The notes under the pieces are model-generated. The model did not search any database. It had not been told where the DNA came from and saw only the letters and a program-made list of their open reading frames with translations. Below, piece after piece: positions 38,276-47,214 of a stretch of DNA of 64,000 nucleotides; within the stretch, counting starts at the first letter, position 1, and the number at the start of each line of letters is the position of its first letter. The stretch covers positions 585 through 64,584 of the forward strand of contig JAZONV010000088.1 of assembly GCA_045654685.1 (NCBI GenBank), in the 5' to 3' direction. The DNA is from Clostridia bacterium. Lineage in GTDB: Bacteria; Bacillota; Clostridia; UMGS1810. The translations under genes and the position numbers were made by a program.

Positions 38276-38331
38276 CTCACTGATTGATTTTCAATCAGTG
38301 AGAATGAAATGCACCTTATGGTGCATGAAAT
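38276..38331. repeat. Partial second copy of the ATTTCAT hairpin array, with linkers in the opposite sense
   Basis: ctcactgattgattttcaatcagtgag - aatgaaat - gcaccttatggtgc - atgaaat. The same two hairpins occur at 13379-13428. Confidence 0.8.
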
Positions 38332-38346
38332 GAAACAATCGATTTT

Positions 38347-38667
38347 ATGGCAACAGACAGACTGAGCGACTCACAGCGAAAAACCTACTGGTCAAATGAC
38401 CATGGCTATGGTCTCGGAATCAGAGCACCAAAAGAAGACAGTATTTTCACAGATTTTGGTTGGGGCGGTGCTGCCGGAGCATATCTTGGAGTTGACAGAA
38501 AACATGGTCTTTCCATTTACTATGCACAGCATATGCTCTCTTCACCCAACGGGGAAATGCGAAACTGGATATATCATCACATAATGGCTGAATTGTTCGG
38601 AAGTGAAGAATTTGAAAATCTCATAAGAAACTGTGTGTTGTCCGGAAATTACAGATTTACTTTCTGA
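38347..38667 (+). pseudogene. C-terminal remnant of a serine hydrolase / beta-lactamase-family gene
   Basis: 106-aa ORF containing GWGGAAGAYLGVD (compare the family's C-terminal GHGG.GG box). It lacks the N-terminal approximately 250 aa with SxxK. The upstream sequence is hairpin-repeat DNA. Confidence 0.55.
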
Positions 38668-38834
38668 TATGTCAAAACAGTTTGTGTTTTAAGATTGGTC
38701 AGATTTAAAGAAACACAGTCAACAGATTATATAATTATATTGTCAAGTTATATGATAATATGGTGGATAAGTTTAATAATTGTTGTACTTGACACTTACA
38801 TATGATATATTGGTTTGTGAGTAAACGTTCACTT

Positions 38835-38868
38835 AGCCGTCGGACAATGCTCCGACGGCTGATGTTTT
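38835..38868 (+). terminator. Terminator-like hairpin just upstream of the RBS of GH20-like paralog 2
   Basis: agccgtcgga / tccgacggct followed by gatgTTTT. The stem is the same as in the terminator at 32578. Confidence 0.5.
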
Positions 38869-38880
38869 AGGAGGATAAAA

Positions 38881-40740
38881 ATGATTTTTCCGATTCCCAA
38901 AGAGGAAGTATATGAAAACGGCATATACAAAATGAAAAACTATGATGATAACACGGACCTTTTGTATCTTTTTGAAAAGTATAAAAACTCAGATGCCGAT
39001 CTTAAAATAAAAACAGATGTAACCTTTGGAAAAGAAGAATATAAACTTTTGATAAATGAGGATGGAATTCTTGTTACCGCATCGGGAGATGAGGGGGTTT
39101 TCAGAGCAATAACATCTTTGAAACAACTCATTGAAAGAGGAAAAGGAAAACTGAGATATTGTAAAGTGTCCGACAATCCCGATTTTGAAAACAGATGCTA
39201 TCTTCTTGATGTAAGCTACGGCAGAATGCCCAAGGTTGAAATAATAAAAAGATATATAGATTATATTGCCGGACTTAAATATAACGAGTTTCAGTTGTTT
39301 TTTGAATCCCTTGTATATGATTATGAAGCCTATAAGGACTGTACAAAAGATTTTCAATGCTACACTCCCGAGGACATGAAAGAAATCAATGAATATTGCA
39401 AAAAGAGATTTATAAAATTGGTTCCCTATGTTGCAAGTTTCGGGCATTTGAGAGCGTGGCTCAATCTTGACAGATTCAAGCATCTGAGGGTGGGGGATGA
39501 CGAAACAAACACAGCAACCATAAATCCTCTCCATCCTGAGTCATTGAATTTTCTCGACGGATTCTATTCTTCGCTTTTTGACCTTTGTGACTCATCCGAT
39601 GTTGCAAATGTTGGCTTTGACGAAAGTATGGGTCTCGGCCTTTATCAGACAGAAGAAATCTGCAAAGAAAAAGGAAAAGAAAGAGTTTTCGTGGATTGGC
39701 TCAACAAGGTTGCCGATCATGTGAGAGAAAAATATTCAAGACGTTGTCAATACTTTACGGACATGATTCACGGTTTTGAAAACGAAGATTACGTTTTGGA
39801 AAATGTTCCCAAAGATGGCACTGCTGTTGTCTGGGGCTATGATCCTCTCGACGGCGTGGGCGTGGAAAAGCATTGTATGGCTTTGGAAAAACACGGAATT
39901 CCTTTCTATGTTTGTCCAAGTTCAAGCACTTGGTGCAGCGGCACGGGACGTGTGGACGTTTGTCAGTTCAATTTGCAGGTTTTTGCAGGAGTTGGCATCA
40001 AACACGGAGCCGTAGGGTATATGTATACCGACTGGGGATCGGGGGACGGTCACAACTCATTCCCCGTGTGGAATTTCTATCCTGCAGCCCTTGGAGGTCA
40101 ATATGCGTGGAACTCATGGAAAGAGAAAAAGGGCAATGGAATCAAACTGGAATTAATCAGTGCCGCAAAAGAATATACCGACAAGGTAGTCTTTGAGGGC
40201 AAGCCCATATCGGAACTGATGTGCAGACTGGGGCAGTATTATCTCCTTGAACCTCAAAGAATACCATCTGCCACACTTTCCATGGTGACACTCAGAAGAC
40301 CGCTTTCCTGGTATTCAAACGGTGCTATAGACTATGTTAAATATTTTGATGATTTCTATTCCGACAACCTGGAATTCTATATGACAAGAGCCATCAGATG
40401 CGTTGAAGAAACAGACTTTGACGAAAATTATAAAAGACAGATTCTCGTAAATGCAAATCAGGCGCTTATTGCCATTGAAATCGGAAGAATAAGACATCAC
40501 AGAGGTTCAACACCCGAAAAGATTGACAAGCTCATAAAAATGATTGACGAAAATCTGAAAGAATATGAACTTTTGTGGGACAGAGAAAACTTCCCCCAAG
40601 GGAAAGAAAACTTTATGGTTCTTCTTCGCGAAAAAAGAACAGAACTTGTTTCTCTTAAAGAAAACGGATGCAAATTTGAAGACGAAGAAGCTCAAAAAAC
40701 CCAAGGGAATGAAGAAGATGAAGCCTGGTGGCTTTGGTAA
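38881..40740 (+). CDS. GH20-like protein, paralog 2
   Basis: High identity to 26540..28411 through about the first 370 aa (MIFPIPKEEVY.., FENRCYLLDVSYGRMPKVEI.., VANVGFDES). Confidence 0.5.
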   Translation: MIFPIPKEEVYENGIYKMKNYDDNTDLLYLFEKYKNSDADLKIKTDVTFGKEEYKLLINEDGILVTASGDEGVFRAITSLKQLIERGKGKLRYCKVSDNPDFENRCYLLDVSYGRMPKVEIIKRYIDYIAGLKYNEFQLFFESLVYDYEAYKDCTKDFQCYTPEDMKEINEYCKKRFIKLVPYVASFGHLRAWLNLDRFKHLRVGDDETNTATINPLHPESLNFLDGFYSSLFDLCDSSDVANVGFDESMGLGLYQTEEICKEKGKERVFVDWLNKVADHVREKYSRRCQYFTDMIHGFENEDYVLENVPKDGTAVVWGYDPLDGVGVEKHCMALEKHGIPFYVCPSSSTWCSGTGRVDVCQFNLQVFAGVGIKHGAVGYMYTDWGSGDGHNSFPVWNFYPAALGGQYAWNSWKEKKGNGIKLELISAAKEYTDKVVFEGKPISELMCRLGQYYLLEPQRIPSATLSMVTLRRPLSWYSNGAIDYVKYFDDFYSDNLEFYMTRAIRCVEETDFDENYKRQILVNANQALIAIEIGRIRHHRGSTPEKIDKLIKMIDENLKEYELLWDRENFPQGKENFMVLLREKRTELVSLKENGCKFEDEEAQKTQGNEEDEAWWLW

Positions 40741-40802
40741 ACTTTTTGGGTTGAAGGTTTTTGTTCGTGCAGAAGAATTTTTCTAAAAAAGGAGATTTGA
40801 TT

Positions 40803-42116
40803 ATGGAAACTTTAAAATTTGATTTATCAAAAAAAGGCGGAAAATTTAAGATTCTCAATGCTACAAACGGCGGACCATGGCACAAAAGACATACTACAGG
40901 CCAATACAGAAGCAATTTCGAAGAATACAAAGCAGCCCGAATTCCCTACTCGAGAAATCATGATTCAGCCATGCATCCGATATATGGAGGGCCTTACAGT
41001 CATGATATAACCTGTATTTTCCCAAATTTTGATGCCGATGTTAACGACCCGGCATCCTACGATTTTGCCTGTACGGATGAATCCATTCTGGTAACTTTGG
41101 ACGCAGGAACAGAAACCTTTTTCAGACTTGGCCAAACAATTGAACATCAAATAAAAAAGCATGGAACACTTCCCCCTGCAGATTTTAATAAGTGGGCAGA
41201 AATCTGCGAGCATATCATCATGCACTATAACTACGGATGGGCAGATGGTTATGAACTCGGCATTGAATACTGGGAAATCTGGAACGAGCCTGACCTTGGC
41301 TGTGACAGCCCCAATAAACCCACATGGGGAGGCACGCCCGAAGAATTTTTTGAGTTTTTTGAAATCAGCGCCAAGCACCTGAAAAAGCGTTTTCCGAATT
41401 TGAAAATCGGTGGCCCTGCATTTTTGGGCTATATGGACTGGGGTGAAGCTTTTCTTTCTCATATGCAAAAGAATAATGTTCCCATGGATTTCTTCTCATG
41501 GCACGTATACCCCACAAAAGGGTCGCAGGAAATGACAGACAAGGCCTACAAAATAAAAAATCTTCTTGAAAAATATGGCTATGGCAAAATTGAAAGCATA
41601 CTCAATGAGTGGAACTATGTCAGAGGTTGGAAAGATAAATTTCAATACAGTATTGATGCAATACGCGGACTCAAAGGTGCGGCATTTGTAATGTCATGTA
41701 TCTGTGATGCCCAAAAATGTGATGCCATTGATATGCTCATGTATTATGACACAAGACCTTCAGTTTTTTGCGGTGTCTTTGACTTTTACAACTGCAAGCC
41801 TTTGAAGGGATATTATCCTCTCTATTGGTACGGAATGTTCTATGATATGGAATCGGAAATAAGATGTGAAGCAGAATCAGAAAACATATACACTCTTTGC
41901 GGAACAGACAAAGAGGGAAAAGTTTTGTGTGTTGTTGTTAACTACTCTGATGACGACGATGCAAAAGAGACGGAAGTAAAAGTGGATTTCGGAAAAAACG
42001 GCAGATATGAAATCTACAAAGTTGATTCTCAAAAGGATGGACAGCTCATCGAAACCACCGAAAATCTTGAGTTTACTTTAGAGAATCAGTCATTTATACT
42101 CATTAAAGAAATATAA
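40803..42116 (+). CDS. Clan GH-A glycoside hydrolase, GH39-like
   Basis: Start at METLKFDL (RBS aaaggag). YWEIWNEPDL acid/base-type motif and SILNEWNY nucleophile-type motif. Confidence 0.6.
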   Translation: METLKFDLSKKGGKFKILNATNGGPWHKRHTTGQYRSNFEEYKAARIPYSRNHDSAMHPIYGGPYSHDITCIFPNFDADVNDPASYDFACTDESILVTLDAGTETFFRLGQTIEHQIKKHGTLPPADFNKWAEICEHIIMHYNYGWADGYELGIEYWEIWNEPDLGCDSPNKPTWGGTPEEFFEFFEISAKHLKKRFPNLKIGGPAFLGYMDWGEAFLSHMQKNNVPMDFFSWHVYPTKGSQEMTDKAYKIKNLLEKYGYGKIESILNEWNYVRGWKDKFQYSIDAIRGLKGAAFVMSCICDAQKCDAIDMLMYYDTRPSVFCGVFDFYNCKPLKGYYPLYWYGMFYDMESEIRCEAESENIYTLCGTDKEGKVLCVVVNYSDDDDAKETEVKVDFGKNGRYEIYKVDSQKDGQLIETTENLEFTLENQSFILIKEI

Positions 42117-42167
42117 GCGGACAAAAGAAACCCAAAAAACAGGGAATGAAAATTGCTGTTATCAAAA

Positions 42168-42223
42168 GGGACTGTAAATTAATTCGTGGAATTTCATCGG
42201 ATTAATTTACAGTCCCTGTTTTT
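42168..42223. terminator. Second copy of the 19-bp-stem hairpin, between convergent genes
   Basis: gggactgtaaattaattcg / cggattaatttacagtccc, loop tggaatttcat, followed by tgTTTTT. Confidence 0.75.
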
Positions 42224-42457
42224 CTTGATGTGTAGGAAATTGCGTTGAATTTAGTTCGCGAGATGAGATGTCAACGATATTGTGCTCGCGACATGGGTGC
42301 AGGCACAGCCTGCTTTCTTGTTGGGGGTTTAAAAACAATGGGAGTTAAAATCAATTATAAAAATCCCATGTGAAAGTCACACATTATCCGACGATAGATT
42401 TGTACTATTTTTTGATAGATAAAACGTTGTAATTTTTATGCTGCAGAGTTATTATTT

Positions 42458-43342
42458 TTACAGGTCAATATTTTTTCGGAGCATCTTTCTGAATTCAGAA
42501 GGAGTACAACCTCTGATTTTGCGAAAAACCCGAGTGAAATATGATGCACTGTTGAACCCTGAAAAAGCAACAATATCTGTTATGGAAGCATCGGGATTTG
42601 CTGTCATAAGCTGCTCTGCATAACCTGTTTTCATTTTGCCGATAAGTTCGTTGGCACTACACCCAAGGTTGGATTTTAAAAGCCTTGCAAAATGGCTGTA
42701 GCTGATGTGCAATTCTTTTGCAATATCATATGGAGATATATCTTCGGTTATGTGCTTTTCGATATAGAGTTGTGCGTCTGTAATATATGAGTTTGCTTCG
42801 CTGCTCATATTTGTTTTCCCGATAAAGCATTTGCACAGAGCGGCATGAAGACGAAGAATTTCGGAACGAATGATCAGTTCCTTTTCAAACCCCGCACTTT
42901 GGTATATTGACATTATATCTTCTATGAGTTTGCTCAGAGTTTCCCACATGGGATCTGTAGGATTTATAATATAATTTTTTGTGCGGATTATATGACGGAA
43001 AGGCATTAGATATTTCATATTGTCAATGGAGAGCTCGAAGTTGTATATAACAGCAGGGCTGTATCCGCACACATATATTTTATACATCTCTCCGACAGAA
43101 TGAGTTCCGTGAATTGTGCCCGGAGGAACAACGACAATACTGCCGGGTGAAAGGGTAATATCTTCAGAGTTGATTTTAAGACCGAATGAGCCTTCTTTTA
43201 CCCACAAAATCTCAAAACTGTCGTGCCAGTGGTCTGGGTAAAAATATGAATTTTCGCTCTTATGCCATGCACAGGTATAATCATTTTGCTTTTTGAATCT
43301 GAGTGGTGCAGGAGTAAGATTTTTCATGCAACGTTCCTCCAA
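42458..43342 (-). CDS. AraC-family transcriptional regulator (cupin + HTH)
   Basis: C-terminal ..IAKELHISYSHFARLLKSNLG.., ..VAFSGFNSASYFTRVFRKIRGCTPSEFR. Confidence 0.85.
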   Translation of the reverse strand: MEERCMKNLTPAPLRFKKQNDYTCAWHKSENSYFYPDHWHDSFEILWVKEGSFGLKINSEDITLSPGSIVVVPPGTIHGTHSVGEMYKIYVCGYSPAVIYNFELSIDNMKYLMPFRHIIRTKNYIINPTDPMWETLSKLIEDIMSIYQSAGFEKELIIRSEILRLHAALCKCFIGKTNMSSEANSYITDAQLYIEKHITEDISPYDIAKELHISYSHFARLLKSNLGCSANELIGKMKTGYAEQLMTANPDASITDIVAFSGFNSASYFTRVFRKIRGCTPSEFRKMLRKNIDL

Positions 43343-43637
43343 TCCTTGTCAGCGGTAAATATTGATACAAGTATATCATAGAATCCCATAAAAGTAAAGG
43401 GACAGATATGTTTAATATTACCGAAATACTAAATATCACAATATATTACAAGTGTGATGTTTTGGTTGCAGGGGGCAGAGAGGCAGAAAGTATAATTGAC
43501 CCTACGGATGATGCAGATATCTTCACCTTTTCAAAGAAAAAAGGGAAAGAGTATATGAAAAAATATATCAAACCATACACATCTCTTTGGAAAGCATCCT
43601 CTTTTGCAGGTAGTTAATATAATAAGGGTGGGATCAG

Positions 43638-44486
43638 ATGAAGTACATATATTCACCATATATTATACAATGTGAACAAATTAAACATGAATTCGATAAT
43701 GTATCACCTGTGCGAAAAGTTACGGACTATGAATTTGACTTTTGTCTGAATTGTAATTGCGAGATGTGGATAGATGGCAGGAAATATAAAATAAAAAAAG
43801 GAGATTTTGTGACCCGTTGTCCCGGGCAGAAAGTATCTTTTAGTGGAAAATATGAATGTTATATGTTGACATTGAATTTTTCTGAGCATTGTAAGGATGG
43901 GGACTGTTTCGGGAATTCTTTCAGAAAAACACAACTGAATTTTTCGCCTGACATACAGAGCGTACTTCCGACTGTTTTTTGTCCGATTCACTATGAAGAT
44001 TATTTGCGGATATTTCAAGACCTTGTTTTTTCAAAAGAATCCCACATAAATGAAAATCAGAGGGCGATTTTCCATATCAATGAATTGTTGCATCTTGTCA
44101 TATCCGATGCATATTCATATAATTGTCCGACAAACGGTGTTTTGCCGACTCCGGCAGATGAAGTGTATCAGCACATAAGAGAGCACTACAGAGAGGAAAT
44201 CAAACTTGATGATCTGGCAGACATAGTGCATCTCAGCAAACACTATCTTGTTCGTTTGTTCAGAGAAAATTTTAACACTTCACCCATAAATATGATAATA
44301 AAATTGCGTATGGAATACGCTCAAAAATTATTGGCAGAAACCAATTTGTCCATTAAAGAGATTGCCGCATCCTGCGGATATAAAGACCCGTCTTTTTTTA
44401 ATCGGTATTTCAAAAAGAACTTTACCATGACACCGGATGCCTACAGACAAGCATCAATAAATAATGGAGATGAGTCCAATGGCTAA
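43638..44486 (+). CDS. AraC-family transcriptional regulator, tandem paralog 1
   Basis: MKYIYSPYIIQCEQIKHEF.. N-terminus. C-terminal ..LADIVHLSKHYLVRLFRENF.., ..IAASCGYKDPSFFNRYFKK. Confidence 0.85.
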   Translation: MKYIYSPYIIQCEQIKHEFDNVSPVRKVTDYEFDFCLNCNCEMWIDGRKYKIKKGDFVTRCPGQKVSFSGKYECYMLTLNFSEHCKDGDCFGNSFRKTQLNFSPDIQSVLPTVFCPIHYEDYLRIFQDLVFSKESHINENQRAIFHINELLHLVISDAYSYNCPTNGVLPTPADEVYQHIREHYREEIKLDDLADIVHLSKHYLVRLFRENFNTSPINMIIKLRMEYAQKLLAETNLSIKEIAASCGYKDPSFFNRYFKKNFTMTPDAYRQASINNGDESNG

Positions 44487-45333
44487 ACATATATATTCAC
44501 CATATATTATACAATGCGGTCATTTCAAACATGAATTTGCATCTGCAACGGTGGCAAGAAAAGTTGCATATTACGAATTTGAGTTTTGTCTGGATTGCGA
44601 TTGTAAAATGTGGGTTGACGGCAAAGAGTATAAACTTGACAAAGGATGTCTTGTTACACGGCGTCCAGGTCAAATGGTATATTATAAAGGCAACTGTGAT
44701 TGTTATATGCTGACAGTTGATTTCCATCAGAGCACCCAAAACGTAAAGTATTCGGAGGATGAAGGGGATTTTCAATCCATATTTTCGTTTGACATATGGA
44801 ATAGGATTCCGCTTGTGTTTAAGCCGTCTCATCACAAAGTTTATGAACGTATATTTTGGGATCTTGTTTCCGCAAAAAAATCGGATATAAATGACAATCC
44901 GGCATCACTTTTGCGTATCAAGGAACTGTTGCATCTGGCGGTAGCTGATGTACATTCACACAAATGTCCTTCGGAAAAGGATACGGAATATTTTGTTTTC
45001 CGGGTGTATGATTATATACAAGAACATTTCAGAGAAGAAATAAAACTTGAAGACCTTGTGGATATTGCTCGTATCAGCAAGCACTATCTGATACGGCTGT
45101 TCAAGAGGAATTTCAGTAAATCTCCAATTGAATTGATAATATCATTACGCATGGATTATGCCCGAAAATTGCTCGTTGAAACAGACATGTCAATTAAAGA
45201 GGTTGCCGCATCTTGCGGATATAAAGACCCATGCTTTTTCAACAGGTATTTCAAAAAATTTTTTTCCATAGCGCCTTCTGCATACAGGAGGATTTGGAAA
45301 AGAACGGGAATGTCAGATAATGTGCATATCTGA
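44479..45333 (+). CDS. AraC-family transcriptional regulator, tandem paralog 2
   Basis: MAKHIYSPYIIQCGHFKHEF.. parallels paralog 1. The start overlaps the previous stop by 8 nt; the ORF track's alternative start is 44464. Confidence 0.8.
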   Translation: MAKHIYSPYIIQCGHFKHEFASATVARKVAYYEFEFCLDCDCKMWVDGKEYKLDKGCLVTRRPGQMVYYKGNCDCYMLTVDFHQSTQNVKYSEDEGDFQSIFSFDIWNRIPLVFKPSHHKVYERIFWDLVSAKKSDINDNPASLLRIKELLHLAVADVHSHKCPSEKDTEYFVFRVYDYIQEHFREEIKLEDLVDIARISKHYLIRLFKRNFSKSPIELIISLRMDYARKLLVETDMSIKEVAASCGYKDPCFFNRYFKKFFSIAPSAYRRIWKRTGMSDNVHI

Positions 45334-45540
45334 TTTTTCCGGGGATATTAAACATCATTACTAAAAGTAAAATTGTTTCCGGGTAGTTATGATTTTTCAT
45401 AATCCGAAAAAATAAGCAAAAAACAGTAAAAATAGTATAATTATACCACTTGTATAATTATATGGATATATGATATCATTACATTATCGTATTATGATGT
45501 ATATATTGGCAGTGTTAATACATAAACAGGAGGAAGAAAA

Positions 45541-47214
45541 ATGAAAAAAGTACTTTGTATGCTCATGACATTTGTTATGGTGATATGTACGTGCGCCTAT
45601 GCTGCAGACATTTCAATCAAAGACGCAGGCAAAAACATCATAACAGTCAAGGGAGAAGCACCGGTGGGTGCAACAGTTACCATTGCGGTGCTGAACCCCG
45701 GATATGATGTGTCTGATGTTGCCGTATCGGGAGAAAGAGCTTTGCAATATTACGGCAAAGTTGCATCAGGCACCAACGAATTTGAACTTGACGTGAAAAT
45801 GGAAGACCCATACCTGTTCGGAGGCGGTGAATACACATTCATAATTTCTGATAAGTCATCCACCTCTACAGACAGTTTCGGATTCTATTTCTTTGAGAAA
45901 AAGATTGCAGAAATTCAAACTCTCAACGAAAGCGGTTCTGACGGAAGAGCAAAAGAACTTTTTAAAGTTTACAGTCTTGATAAGCACGAGCTTGTGCCGG
46001 TGGTGAAAGAAGAAACCGTCGAAAAAATTCTTGCTCTTGAAGATGAATATGAAATAGATGTAGACAAGATGTATGGAATACTGGTTGAAACACTTTGTAT
46101 CGGGGCATACAGGGACGGTGTTTCAAAACTTTTGAAAAACGGATTTCTCACCTATACAGACATTGTGGGAATAGACTCCGAATCCACATATGAAGATTAT
46201 CTTTCAAACATAAACGAAACAGGTGTCAATGCCGTAAATGATGATGTTTTGGGAAATGAATATAAAACCTCAAGTGAAATCAGAGAAACATTTTCAAAAT
46301 CTGTTCTTTTGAACCTCATAACCAATTCACCCAAAATGGGATATGGTCATGTTTCGGGAATTCTCGAAAAATATGAAGAAGAACTTTCTTTGTTTGGGTT
46401 TGATACAGAAAAGTTAGATGATGTTAAAAACAAGGTTTATGTCTACAAAAAACTTGTTGCATCAGATGCCAAAACTTTGGATGAACTTACCGATACTTTT
46501 GAAAAAGCCATAAAAAATGCTGACGAATCAAAAGAGACAACCTCCGGCGGCGGAGGCGGTGGTGGAGGCGGAGTGTCCGCTCCTTCCGTTTCAGCACCGG
46601 CAGACGGAGCAGAAAAACCTGTTTCAACTGAGCAAAACACTTCCGGCGGATATGTTGAAAACACATCTGTTCCCTTTGAAGATATGAATGATGCATCATG
46701 GGCAACAGACTCTGTTGCATATCTTTACAGACGCGGAATCATATCGGGAAAATCAAGCCGGACCTTTGACCCATCAGGTCTTGTTACAAGAGAAGAATTT
46801 GCAAAAATGGCAGTTCTTGCATTTGTAGGCTCTGCAAGCGGCTCTGTTTCATCCTTTGAAGATGTTTCAGGCTGGTCAGCGCCATATGTGGCAATGGCGG
46901 CATCAAAGGGAATTGTAACCGGAATTTCCGAAAAAGAGTTTAACCCAAAAGGTAATGTTACCCGTGAACAAGCTGCAACAATAATTGCAAGAGCAATGGA
47001 AACTGCAGGATTTGTATTCGAAAATACCGGAGTAAAATTTGACGATGACGATTCAATAAGTGACTGGGCGAAAGAAAAAATTGCCCTTCTTGCCTCCGAA
47101 GAAATAATTTCCGGCAGAGGAGACGGTATGTTCCGTCCCTTGGATAATATGACAAGAGCAGAGGCGGCAAAACTCATATTTGAAGCAATGATGAGAACAG
47201 GAGGAACAAACTGA
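45541..47214 (+). CDS. SLH-anchored surface protein (unknown N-terminal region, poly-Gly linker, three SLH repeats)
   Basis: Signal peptide, then TSGGGGGGGGG linker, then FEDMNDASWATDSVAYLYRRGIISG.., FEDVSGWSAPYVAMAASKGIVTG.., DDDSISDWAKEKIALLASEEIISG.. Confidence 0.8.
   Translation: MKKVLCMLMTFVMVICTCAYAADISIKDAGKNIITVKGEAPVGATVTIAVLNPGYDVSDVAVSGERALQYYGKVASGTNEFELDVKMEDPYLFGGGEYTFIISDKSSTSTDSFGFYFFEKKIAEIQTLNESGSDGRAKELFKVYSLDKHELVPVVKEETVEKILALEDEYEIDVDKMYGILVETLCIGAYRDGVSKLLKNGFLTYTDIVGIDSESTYEDYLSNINETGVNAVNDDVLGNEYKTSSEIRETFSKSVLLNLITNSPKMGYGHVSGILEKYEEELSLFGFDTEKLDDVKNKVYVYKKLVASDAKTLDELTDTFEKAIKNADESKETTSGGGGGGGGGVSAPSVSAPADGAEKPVSTEQNTSGGYVENTSVPFEDMNDASWATDSVAYLYRRGIISGKSSRTFDPSGLVTREEFAKMAVLAFVGSASGSVSSFEDVSGWSAPYVAMAASKGIVTGISEKEFNPKGNVTREQAATIIARAMETAGFVFENTGVKFDDDDSISDWAKEKIALLASEEIISGRGDGMFRPLDNMTRAEAAKLIFEAMMRTGGTN

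Noticed and set aside
43408-43617. 69-aa ORF between two AraC genes
   Set aside because: It has no recognisable motif and only a weak RBS-like aaggga. It could be a real small protein, but nothing in the sequence supports it beyond being open.
46540-46575. GGC/GGA-rich tract, also at 56725-56760, considered as a slippage-prone phase-variation site
   Set aside because: The codons are mixed (ggc/gga/ggt) rather than a pure homopolymer or perfect short tandem repeat. They simply encode a poly-Gly linker.
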